A DNA stretch of 64,000 nucleotides, taken from NCBI GenBank assembly GCA_963703225.1, contig OY969801.1, positions 3,008,001 through 3,072,000 on the forward strand, given 5' to 3'. The notes below the pieces were generated by a model. The model saw nothing but the letters and a program-made list of their open reading frames with translations. It did not search any database and was not told the origin of the DNA. The stretch is from Candidatus Eiseniibacteriota bacterium. GTDB taxonomy: Bacteria > Eisenbacteria > RBG-16-71-46 > SZUA-252. Numbering within the stretch: the first letter of the stretch is position 1; each line of letters starts with the position of its first letter. Positions 49,081-57,593 of the stretch are shown piece after piece. Position numbers and translations under genes: made by a program.

Positions 49081-50815
49081 ATGCGCCGAATACCCGAAGT
49101 TCTCACGATGCTCGCGGCGTTGCTGCTGCCGGCGTTCTTCCTCCCGTCACCTGCTCTGGGTCAATGGGCGCTCCGAGACATGCTGAGTGGATTTGAGCCC
49201 CGGCCGAACGCGCCGCTCTTCGCGCCAGGCCAGCTCCTCGTCAAGTTTCCCGAAGCGACCTCCGTCGTCGACATCCAGCGCGCGGCGAGCGAAATGGGTG
49301 GAACGTTGGTCGAGATGGTCACGCCCGACGGGCTCGCCAAGGTTCGGCTCGATCCCTCCGCGGACGTCAAGGACGCGGTGCGGCAGTGGAGCCGCAGACC
49401 GGGCGTCGAGTACGCCGTTCCCAACCTCATCGCGCACACCTTCACCGTGCCGAACGATTCGCTTCTGGCGACGTTCGACCTCGGCTGGAATCTTCGTCAG
49501 ATCGGCGCCTATGACGCGTGGGACTTCGTGACCGCCGATCCGAGGATCGTGATCGCGATCGTCGACACCGGTGTCGCCTTCGAGGACTACGCGATCCCGG
49601 CCTACGAACTGCCAGTTCATCTGGCCCGGAACCACGATGTATCGCCGCTCGCCGGAGCTTCCGGGGCCGTTCGTGCCCGGGTGGGACTTCGTGTTCGATG
49701 ACGCCCACCCCGACGACGACAACGGGCACGGGACCTCGGTCGCGACGCTCGCGGCGGGGGCGGCCAACAACGTGGCGGGGGGCGCCGGGGTCGCGTTCGG
49801 CGCTTCGATACTCCCCGTCAAGGTCGTCGACTATCAGGGCGACGCCCAGAACGACGACGTCGTCCAAGGGATCCGGTTCGCGGCGGAACAAGGGGCGGAC
49901 ATCATCAATCTGAGCCTCGGATATCCGCCGCTCGGCCTCCTGCGCCTCAACGGGTGGACGGAGGAGCAAATCGACGCGGTCTTTATTCCTCTGCGCGACG
50001 CGGTCCGGTACGCACAACATCTCGGATCATTGATCGTCGCCTCCTCCGGAAACTTCGACGCGGACGAGGTCAGCCTTCCGGCCGGCTTCCCCGGCGTGAT
50101 CGCGGTGGGCGCGACCAATGTCGACGGCAGCCGCGCTTTCTACTCTTCGTTTGGGAAAGACCTCGATTTCATGGCGCCGGGCGGCGACTCCACGGAGTTG
50201 AACGGCGATCACATCCAGGACGACGTGTCCACGTTGAGCATCAAGCCGCACCGATCCGCGGGCTCGCTCGCGAAGCCCGATTCCTTCAATATTTTCTCCG
50301 CCGTCGGCACCTCAGAGTCGGCCCCGCACGTCTCCGGAGCGGTCGCCCTGCTGATGTCGGCGGGCGTGCGCGACGATAACTCGATCGTGCGCATCCTCCG
50401 CGAGACCTCGGTCAGCCCATTCTCCCGCTCGCAGTACTGGGAGCCCACGTTCGGATGGGGCGTCATCCAGGTGGACAAGGCGGTTCGAAGGACGGGCAGG
50501 AATCGGGGGACTCCTCGGTGGAAGCCGCTCGCGAGAGAGGGCGTCGTTTCCCAGGTGATCACCGCGAACCCGACGCGCGAGTTTGTCGAGGTGGAAGTGA
50601 GCGCGGCGCGGCCGGGCCCCCTGACGGCGCGGATTTATGACGTCCGAGGCGCGCTGGTCCGGACGATCGTGTCCGGCTCGATCCCGGCGGGGTCATCGAT
50701 CTTGCGGTGGGACGGCCGTGATGACCGCGGCGCGACGGCTTCGGCCGGCATCTACTTCTTCCGAATCGAGACGCCCACGGGCCGCGCGAGCCACAAGGTG
50801 GCATGGTTGCGCTGA
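49081..50815 (+). CDS. S8 peptidase with C-terminal FlgD-Ig domain, +1 frameshift near 49615
   Basis: IVDTG in frame A; GHGT, GTSESAPHV, IYDVRGALVRTI, WDGRDDRG in frame B. Confidence 0.85.
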
Positions 50816-50895
50816 CGAGCGGGGGACGATAGAGTCGCACCGTCTCGATTAGGGTCGCGCCCGCGACCCTAAGCCCCGCGATCCAGGAGGATCCC

Positions 50896-51387
50896 GTGAG
50901 CCGCCCGAGAGCCCTGTACGTAGCATTCGCAGCCGTCGCCGCCTCACTCTTCTTCGTGCCGGCGCGCGCCGACGCCCAAGCCACCCCCGTTCCCACCGCG
51001 ACCGCGTCCGTCGGCGTCAAGGAAACCTCGCTCCAGCGGATCCAGAGGTACGTGGCCAAGATCAATCAGGAAGCCAGCACTCCCGAGGGCGAAGAGGCGG
51101 TCGTCGCTCGGCTCTCGCAGCAGCTCCACGTGCCCGCCGACTCGCTCCGCCAGCAGCACTCGAATTGGACGCTGGGCTACGGCGAGGTCGCGATGGTCTA
51201 CGGCTTCTCTCGCGCGAGCAAGAAGCCGGGCGTGACGCCCGACACGGTCGTCGCGATGCGACGCTCGGGCATGGAGTGGCAGGCGATCGGAAACGACCTG
51301 GGCGTGAAGGTCGACACGGTCGCGAGCAAGATGAAGAAGAACGTCGGGCCGACTCCCAAGCCCCAGCCCCAGCCGGAGCACAAGTAG
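50896..51387 (+). CDS. hypothetical secreted protein
   Basis: Signal peptide; LGYGEV, RRSGMEWQAIGNDLGVK. Confidence 0.7.
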   Translation: MSRPRALYVAFAAVAASLFFVPARADAQATPVPTATASVGVKETSLQRIQRYVAKINQEASTPEGEEAVVARLSQQLHVPADSLRQQHSNWTLGYGEVAMVYGFSRASKKPGVTPDTVVAMRRSGMEWQAIGNDLGVKVDTVASKMKKNVGPTPKPQPQPEHK

Positions 51388-51395
51388 CGGACGTC

Positions 51396-52559
51396 GTGGC
51401 GACTCCAAAGAAACGCACCGCGGCCAAACGGGCCGGCGACAAGCGGGCCGCCGCCAAGCAAAGCGCCAAAGTGCCCGCCAAACGGGCCGGCGACAATGCC
51501 CTCGATGCCTGCGCCTGCATCGCCGATCTCGAGGCGATCGCCAAGCGCCTCCTCCCCCGCTCCCACTACGACTACTACGCCGGCGGCGCCGAGGACGAGC
51601 TGACGCTCGACGCCAACCTCGAGGCGTTCAAGAAGGTCTTCATCCGGCCGCGGGCTCTGGTCGACGTGAGCCGGATCGACACCGGCACCACCGCGCTCGG
51701 GACGCCGATCTCGATGCCGATCATGGTGGCGCCGACGGCCTATCAGAAAATGGCGCACAAGGACGGCGAGCTGGCGACGGCTCGGGCGGCCGGCAAGTCG
51801 AAAACGATCATGGTCGCGAGCACCATCGCGACCTACGACCTCGAGTCGATCGCCAAGGCGGCCAGCGGGCCGCTCTGGTTTCAGCTCTACGTCCAGCCGG
51901 AGCGAAATCTTTCGCGGGAGCTGGCCCAGCGGGCCGAAGCCGCGGGCTATCGAGCGCTTTGCCTCACGGTGGACACGCCCCAGCTGGGACGGCGCGAGCG
52001 GGACGTGCGGAACGCCTTCACCCTCCCTCCCGGCGTGCGGATGATGAATTTCGAGGGTGGCCGGCGCGAAATGCCCCGTCGGGCGCCGCCCGGGACCTCG
52101 GCCATGGCCTCCTATTCCGCGGCGCTCCTCGATCCGACGCTCACGTGGGACGCGATCGCGTGGTTGAAGAGCGAGACCAAGCTCCCCATCGTGGTGAAGG
52201 GGATCATCTCGGGAGAGGACGCGGCGCTGGCGGTGGAATCGGGCGCTTCCGCGGTCCTCGTCTCGAACCACGGCGGACGTCAGCTGGACGCCTGCGAGCC
52301 GACGTTCGCCGCCCTTCCCCATGTCGTCGACGCGGTGGCCGGCCGAATCGAGGTCTATCTCGACGGCGGGGTCCGCCGCGGGACCGATGTCCTGAAGGCC
52401 GTGGCGCTCGGCGCGCGCGCCGTGCTCGTCGGCCGTCCAGTCATCTGGGGCCTGGCGGCGGGCGGAGAGGCGGGCGCGCACCGCGCGCTCGAAATGCTCC
52501 GCGAGGAGTTCGACGCTGGCGATGAAACTCTCCGGCTGCCCCTCGGTGGGCCGCGCTGA
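51396..52559 (+). CDS. FMN-dependent alpha-hydroxy acid oxidase; C-terminal frameshift near 52515
   Basis: DYYAGGAEDE, WFQLY, LTVDTP, VSNHGGRQLD, DGGVRRGTD; LAMKLSGC continues in another frame. Confidence 0.92.
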   Translation: MATPKKRTAAKRAGDKRAAAKQSAKVPAKRAGDNALDACACIADLEAIAKRLLPRSHYDYYAGGAEDELTLDANLEAFKKVFIRPRALVDVSRIDTGTTALGTPISMPIMVAPTAYQKMAHKDGELATARAAGKSKTIMVASTIATYDLESIAKAASGPLWFQLYVQPERNLSRELAQRAEAAGYRALCLTVDTPQLGRRERDVRNAFTLPPGVRMMNFEGGRREMPRRAPPGTSAMASYSAALLDPTLTWDAIAWLKSETKLPIVVKGIISGEDAALAVESGASAVLVSNHGGRQLDACEPTFAALPHVVDAVAGRIEVYLDGGVRRGTDVLKAVALGARAVLVGRPVIWGLAAGGEAGAHRALEMLREEFDAGDETLRLPLGGPR

Positions 52560-52625
52560 GACCGGGATTCATCGCGACGCCGTAACGTCACTTGACTCTT
52601 CCCGCCACGGGTTGACAATCTATCG

Positions 52626-53066
52626 ATGCGCTCCGAGATCTCGATCTGGATTGACGCCTCGCCGGACGCCGTCTTCCCCCTCGTCGCGGACCTCCCCCGC
52701 TGGCCCGAGCGGCTCCCGCACTACCGATATGTGCGCGTGCTGCGCCGGGTGGATTCCGAAACGCTCGCCGCGATGAGCGCCCGACGGGGCCTCATCCCGG
52801 TCTTCTGGCACGCGGTGCAGACGCCCGACCCCCAGTCGCGCCGGATTTCGTTCCGCCATGTGCGCGGGGTCACACGGGGGATGGAGGTGCTCTGGACCCT
52901 GGAGCCCGAGCGCGGCGGAACGCGCGCCAGAATCCTCCACGAGCTCGACCTGCGCTGGCCCTGGATCGGGCCCTGGATCGCCGAGCACGTGATCGCCCGC
53001 GGCTTCATTCAGCCGATCGCAAGCCTCACCCTCGCGCGCTTCAAGGCGATCGCGGAGGCGGCATGA
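52626..53066 (+). CDS. SRPBCC polyketide cyclase/aromatase family protein
   Basis: DLPRWPERLPHY, GVTRGMEVLW. Confidence 0.85.
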   Translation: MRSEISIWIDASPDAVFPLVADLPRWPERLPHYRYVRVLRRVDSETLAAMSARRGLIPVFWHAVQTPDPQSRRISFRHVRGVTRGMEVLWTLEPERGGTRARILHELDLRWPWIGPWIAEHVIARGFIQPIASLTLARFKAIAEAA

Positions 53067-54328
53067 TCGCTCCCATCAAGCGGCACCGTGTCGCCGTCAC
53101 CGGCCTCGGCCTCATCACCCCGATCGGAACCGGCAAGGACGCGTTCTGGGAGGGCGTGCGCGCCGGACGGCGCGGCGTGGGCCCGGTCACCCGCTTCGAC
53201 GCCTCGCAGCTTCGCACCCGCATCGCGGGCGAGGTGGGCGATTTCGATCCCGCCGACCACTTCCCGCCGCGTCGCCGCTCTCGATTCGATCGGTTCGCCC
53301 AGTTTTCGATCGTCGCGGCCCGCCTCGCGCTGGAGAACTCGGGGCTTTCCATCGGCCCGGGCCCCGGAGCGGTCTCGGGCGAGCGGCTCGGCGTCGCGAT
53401 CGGCTCGGCCCTGGGCGGCGTTTCGGGCGCGGAGGAGGATCACGCCGCGTTCCTCCGCTCCGGCCAGCGTGCCATCCCCGCGAGCCTCGCGCTCCGCGTC
53501 TTCGCCGGGGCCGGCGCGTGCAACGTCGCCATCGAGTGCGGCGCGCGCGGCCCCGTGATCGGGAACTCCAATTCCTGCGCGTCGGGCGCGATCGCGATCG
53601 GCGAAGCGCTCCGAGCGATTCGCGACGATATCGCGACCGTGGTGATCGCCGGCGGCGTGGAAGCCCCGCTCGCACCGCTCACCTTCACCGCGTTCGCGGT
53701 GATCCGCGCGATGTCGACCGCGAACGAGGATCCCGCGGCAGCCTCCCGCCCCTTCGACGCCCGGAGGGACGGCTTCGTGATGGCGGAAGGGGCCGCCATC
53801 CTGATCCTCGAAGAGATGGGGCACGCGGTCGCGCGCGGCGCGCGGATCTACGCGGAGATCGCGGGGTTCGCGACGACAAACGATGCCCACCATATGACCG
53901 CACCCCACCCCGAGGGACGGGATGCCGCGCGGGCGATGCGATTGGCGCTGCAAGACGCCTCGCTCGCCACGTCCGAGATCGAGCTGGTGAACGCGCACGG
54001 ATCCTCGACCCCGCTCAACGACCGGATCGAGACGCGCGCGATCAAAGACGTGTTTGGTGAGCGGGCGCGGCGGATCCCCGTGAGCGGCACCAAGGGGATG
54101 CACGCGCACGCGCTGGGCGCTTCGGGCGCGATGGAGGCCGCGATCGCCGCGCTCTCGATCGCGGAGGGATTCGTGCCTTCGACCGCGAACCTGACGCAGC
54201 CCGACCCCGACTGTGACCTGGATTACGTCCCGGGAGCCGGCCGCACCGAGAGCGTGCGGACCGTGCTCTCCAACTCATTCGGATTTGGAGGGAGCAACGC
54301 GTGTCTCGTCCTGCGCTCGTTCGAGTAG
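53063..54328 (+). CDS. beta-ketoacyl-ACP synthase (FabF-like)
   Basis: VAVTGLG, NSCASG, NAHGSST, HALGASG, SNSFGFGG. Confidence 0.92.
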   Translation: MIAPIKRHRVAVTGLGLITPIGTGKDAFWEGVRAGRRGVGPVTRFDASQLRTRIAGEVGDFDPADHFPPRRRSRFDRFAQFSIVAARLALENSGLSIGPGPGAVSGERLGVAIGSALGGVSGAEEDHAAFLRSGQRAIPASLALRVFAGAGACNVAIECGARGPVIGNSNSCASGAIAIGEALRAIRDDIATVVIAGGVEAPLAPLTFTAFAVIRAMSTANEDPAAASRPFDARRDGFVMAEGAAILILEEMGHAVARGARIYAEIAGFATTNDAHHMTAPHPEGRDAARAMRLALQDASLATSEIELVNAHGSSTPLNDRIETRAIKDVFGERARRIPVSGTKGMHAHALGASGAMEAAIAALSIAEGFVPSTANLTQPDPDCDLDYVPGAGRTESVRTVLSNSFGFGGSNACLVLRSFE

Positions 54329-54729
54329 CGACGGCCTGTGCCGTCTTCGTTCTGGCCGCGGCCCTGGGCTGCGGGACGTCGGGCTCCAAGATCCCGGTGA
54401 CCGAGATGACCGCCAAGACCGACGCCTCGGGCGTGCAGCGAGTCCAGGTGGAGGTCCACTCGTTCTACTTCAAGCCTAGCCGGATCGTGGTTCAGGCCGG
54501 CGTGCCCGTCGACATGACCCTCAAGTTCAAAAACTTCTTCACGCCGCACAATCTCACCTGCACGGACGCGGAGGCGGGGATTCAGATCGACAAGAGCGCG
54601 GGATTCATGAGCTTCAATCGGACGAAGGAAGTGAAATTCACGCCGAAGAAGCCGGGGGAATATCCGTTCTACTGCGGCGTCGACTCCCACATGAAGAAGG
54701 GGATGACCGGGACGCTCGTGGTGCGGTAG
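54301..54729 (+). CDS. cupredoxin domain lipoprotein
   Basis: LGC lipobox, PHN, FYCGVDSHMKKGM. Confidence 0.85.
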   Translation: MSRPALVRVATACAVFVLAAALGCGTSGSKIPVTEMTAKTDASGVQRVQVEVHSFYFKPSRIVVQAGVPVDMTLKFKNFFTPHNLTCTDAEAGIQIDKSAGFMSFNRTKEVKFTPKKPGEYPFYCGVDSHMKKGMTGTLVVR

Positions 54730-54776
54730 ACGGCGCGCCCCAGCTCACGCACCGGGCCGCGCGCCGCGCCGACCCG

Positions 54777-55832
54777 CTACTTCTTGGCCGTGCTCTTGGA
54801 AGGCGCCTTCTTGGGCGAAGGCCCCGTGAGCGACAGGTTGGTCGCGACCCAGAGATCTTCATCCCTCCCGTTGAGCCGCGAGTAGTAGATCGACTGGCCG
54901 TCATACGACCAAGTCGGCTTCATGCAGTTCCCATCCGACGTGAGCGGGAACGACTTGCGGGTCGCCGTGTCCATGATCCAGATGTTCTGCTTCCCGCCCG
55001 TGTTCCGTCCAAACGCGATCCACTTTCCGTCGGGCGACCAGGACGGCCAGGTGTCTTCCGATCCTTCCTCCGCCGCGCTGATCCCGGTGAGCCGGGTCTC
55101 GCGGCCGCCCTCCGCGGCGATCTTGAAGACACGAAACGGCGAGAAGAGGGCGGACTGTTTGGTCTGCATGCCGCTGCCGATGCTCACCGTCCTCGTGGTG
55201 TCGAAATCCTTGGAGACGTAGGCGATCCATTTCCCATCCATCGACCAGATGGGATGGCCCGGGCTCCCCTCGCTAAACGTGAGTCGGTGCGCCGGTGGGC
55301 CTTCGATCTCCCCTTTGGCATCCATCACGTACAGATTGAATCCATAGAGGGACGTCGGCTGCAGGCGGCTCGAGGGAAAACAGATCTTGGCGCCGTCGGG
55401 CGAGTAGACCGCGAATCGCTGGCTTCCCACCGCGTTGGAGAGCGGCTTCGCCTTCCCCCCTTCGACCGGAATCGAGTAGATGTTGTAGGGACCGGTGCGG
55501 GTCGAGATATAGAGGAGCGATTTGCCGTCCGGTGCCCAGGCCGGCGTCATGACGCGGGTGGCCATCCGCGCGGCGCCCTCCGCCTTCGAGGAATCGGGCT
55601 CCGAGGTCACCTTGTGCGGCGCGCCGCCCGCCGTGGGCCAGAGCCAGATCTGGTTCGTCTTGTCGCGGTTGCTCTGAAACGCGAGCCACTGGCCGTCGGG
55701 CGACGGCGCGGGATCGGTGTCGCGAAACGCCGTGTCGGCCAGCACAGGGCGAAACGTGGTGGCAAATCCGGGCGCGGCCCAGGTCAGGGCCAGCGCGAAT
55801 AGGAAGAGCGTCGTCAACCGGCGTTGGGTCAT
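54777..55832 (-). CDS. TolB-like PD40-repeat protein
   Basis: Repeated P-x-W-S-P-D-G motifs; signal peptide. Confidence 0.88.
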   Translation of the reverse strand: MTQRRLTTLFLFALALTWAAPGFATTFRPVLADTAFRDTDPAPSPDGQWLAFQSNRDKTNQIWLWPTAGGAPHKVTSEPDSSKAEGAARMATRVMTPAWAPDGKSLLYISTRTGPYNIYSIPVEGGKAKPLSNAVGSQRFAVYSPDGAKICFPSSRLQPTSLYGFNLYVMDAKGEIEGPPAHRLTFSEGSPGHPIWSMDGKWIAYVSKDFDTTRTVSIGSGMQTKQSALFSPFRVFKIAAEGGRETRLTGISAAEEGSEDTWPSWSPDGKWIAFGRNTGGKQNIWIMDTATRKSFPLTSDGNCMKPTWSYDGQSIYYSRLNGRDEDLWVATNLSLTGPSPKKAPSKSTAKK

Positions 55833-55875
55833 GTGGTCCTCATTGGTACCCAGCCGCGCAGGATGGGTTCCCGGG

Positions 55876-56469
55876 TCAGGGGCGCGGCGTAAATCCTTCG
55901 CCCACCGTCAGTACCTCGTACGATGCGACACTCAGCGCGTGGCGCCTGATCTGGCTCCACGGCCGGTCGAGAATGTAACACTTGAGCAGGGCGAGCACGA
56001 TCTGGTGCGACACCACCGCCACCAAACCCTCGCCCTCGCGATGGCGCCCCAAGATCTCCCGCATCGCGGCCACCGCGCGATCGTGAACCGCTTGGAGCGG
56101 CTCCGCGCCCGGCAGCGTGTGCGCGCTGGGATCGTCGCGCCAGCGCCGGTAGAGATCGGGATCGGGAAGATCGGTTTCGGCGAGCCCCTCCCACTCTCCG
56201 TGATGGATCTCGTTCAACCTCGGCTCCGCCACGACGCCCAGCGAGTGCGGGCCTGCCACGTAGGAGGCCGTCTCGATGGCGCGCGGCAGCGCGCTCGAGT
56301 AGACCGCCTGGAGCGGCACCTCCCAGAGCAGCCGCGCGAGCCCTTTCGCCTGCTCGCGCCCCGCGTCGTTGATCGACGCGCCCTGGCTCCCTTGGACCCG
56401 CTTCTCGCGATTCCAGTCCGTTTCGCCGTGACGGACGAACACGACGTCCCGTCCCGGGACCATGATCAT
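55876..56469 (-). CDS. histidine phosphatase family protein
   Basis: VRHGETDWN, RAIETA, GEWEG, VSH. Confidence 0.9.
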   Translation of the reverse strand: MIMVPGRDVVFVRHGETDWNREKRVQGSQGASINDAGREQAKGLARLLWEVPLQAVYSSALPRAIETASYVAGPHSLGVVAEPRLNEIHHGEWEGLAETDLPDPDLYRRWRDDPSAHTLPGAEPLQAVHDRAVAAMREILGRHREGEGLVAVVSHQIVLALLKCYILDRPWSQIRRHALSVASYEVLTVGEGFTPRP

Positions 56470-57584
56470 CCCTTCGACCCGAGGCGTCCCTCGCGCGCGA
56501 GAATCTCGGCGTTCAAGATGGCCGCGCCGGCGGCGCCGCGGATCGTGTTGTGGCCGAGCGCTTCAAATTTCCAGTCGAGGACCGAGCACTTGCGGAGCCG
56601 GCCCACCGAGACGGCCATTCCGCCGGCCCGATCGGCGTCGAGCCGAGGCTGGGGCCGATCCTCCTCGGTACAAACCACGATCGGCTCGGCCGGCGCGCTC
56701 GGGAGATCGAGTTTGCGCAAAGGGCGGAACGACTGCCATGCGGCCATTATCTCCTTCTGTGTGGCGCGGCGCCCCAGCTTGACCGAGTGGGCCACCTGGT
56801 GGCCGTCGATCACCGGGACGCGGTGGCAAAGCGCGCTGATCGGGAAATCGGCCGCGGCAATTCCCTTGGGCCCCATGCGGCCGAGAATCTTGAGCGTCTC
56901 GGTTTCAACCTTCGGCTCCTCGCCGCCCGGCACGAATGGAATCACGTTGCCGAGGATGTCGAGCGACGGGACCCCCGGGTAGCCGGCCCCGCTCACCGCC
57001 TGGAACGTGGTCGTGATCGCGGCCGTGATCCCAAACGCGCGAAGGAGCGGTGCGAGCGCCATCGCGATCACGATCGCGGAGCAGTTGGGATTGGTGACGA
57101 GCCCGCCGCCTCGATAGGGCTGCCGTTCCAAGAGCTCGAGGTGATCGCGGTTCACTTCCGGAATCACGAGCGGAACGAGCGGATCCATCCGATGGTTCCG
57201 CGCGTTGGACGAGACGAAATGCCCGGCGCGCGCGTAGCGATCTTCCAACTCACCCGCCACCGACGCGTCCAACGCCGAGAAGAGGAGCCGCGAGTGAAGC
57301 GGCGTCGCGGGGCCCTTGACGCGCAGCGCCGCGACCGCGCCGGGGATCAAGGTCGAGAGCTTCCACCGGGCCCCGACGGCCTCGCCGTAAGGGCGGCCCG
57401 CGCTCTGGTCCGAGGCCATGACCTCGGCGACCTCGAACCAGGGGTGCCGCTCCAGAAGCTGGATGAAGCGCTGCCCCACCGTTCCGGTCGCGCCGAGGAC
57501 GGCTACCGGAAGTCTCCGGGGCGCCGAACCGGTCGATCTCGAACGCTTCGAAGTCGTTGTGGTGGCTCGGTTTCTTGACACCAT
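56466..57584 (-). CDS. asd: aspartate-semialdehyde dehydrogenase
   Basis: LGATGTVGQRF, TNPNCS, QAVSGAG, HNTIRGAAG. Confidence 0.94.
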   Translation of the reverse strand: MVSRNRATTTTSKRSRSTGSAPRRLPVAVLGATGTVGQRFIQLLERHPWFEVAEVMASDQSAGRPYGEAVGARWKLSTLIPGAVAALRVKGPATPLHSRLLFSALDASVAGELEDRYARAGHFVSSNARNHRMDPLVPLVIPEVNRDHLELLERQPYRGGGLVTNPNCSAIVIAMALAPLLRAFGITAAITTTFQAVSGAGYPGVPSLDILGNVIPFVPGGEEPKVETETLKILGRMGPKGIAAADFPISALCHRVPVIDGHQVAHSVKLGRRATQKEIMAAWQSFRPLRKLDLPSAPAEPIVVCTEEDRPQPRLDADRAGGMAVSVGRLRKCSVLDWKFEALGHNTIRGAAGAAILNAEILAREGRLGSKG

Positions 57585-57593
57585 AGGGGGCGG

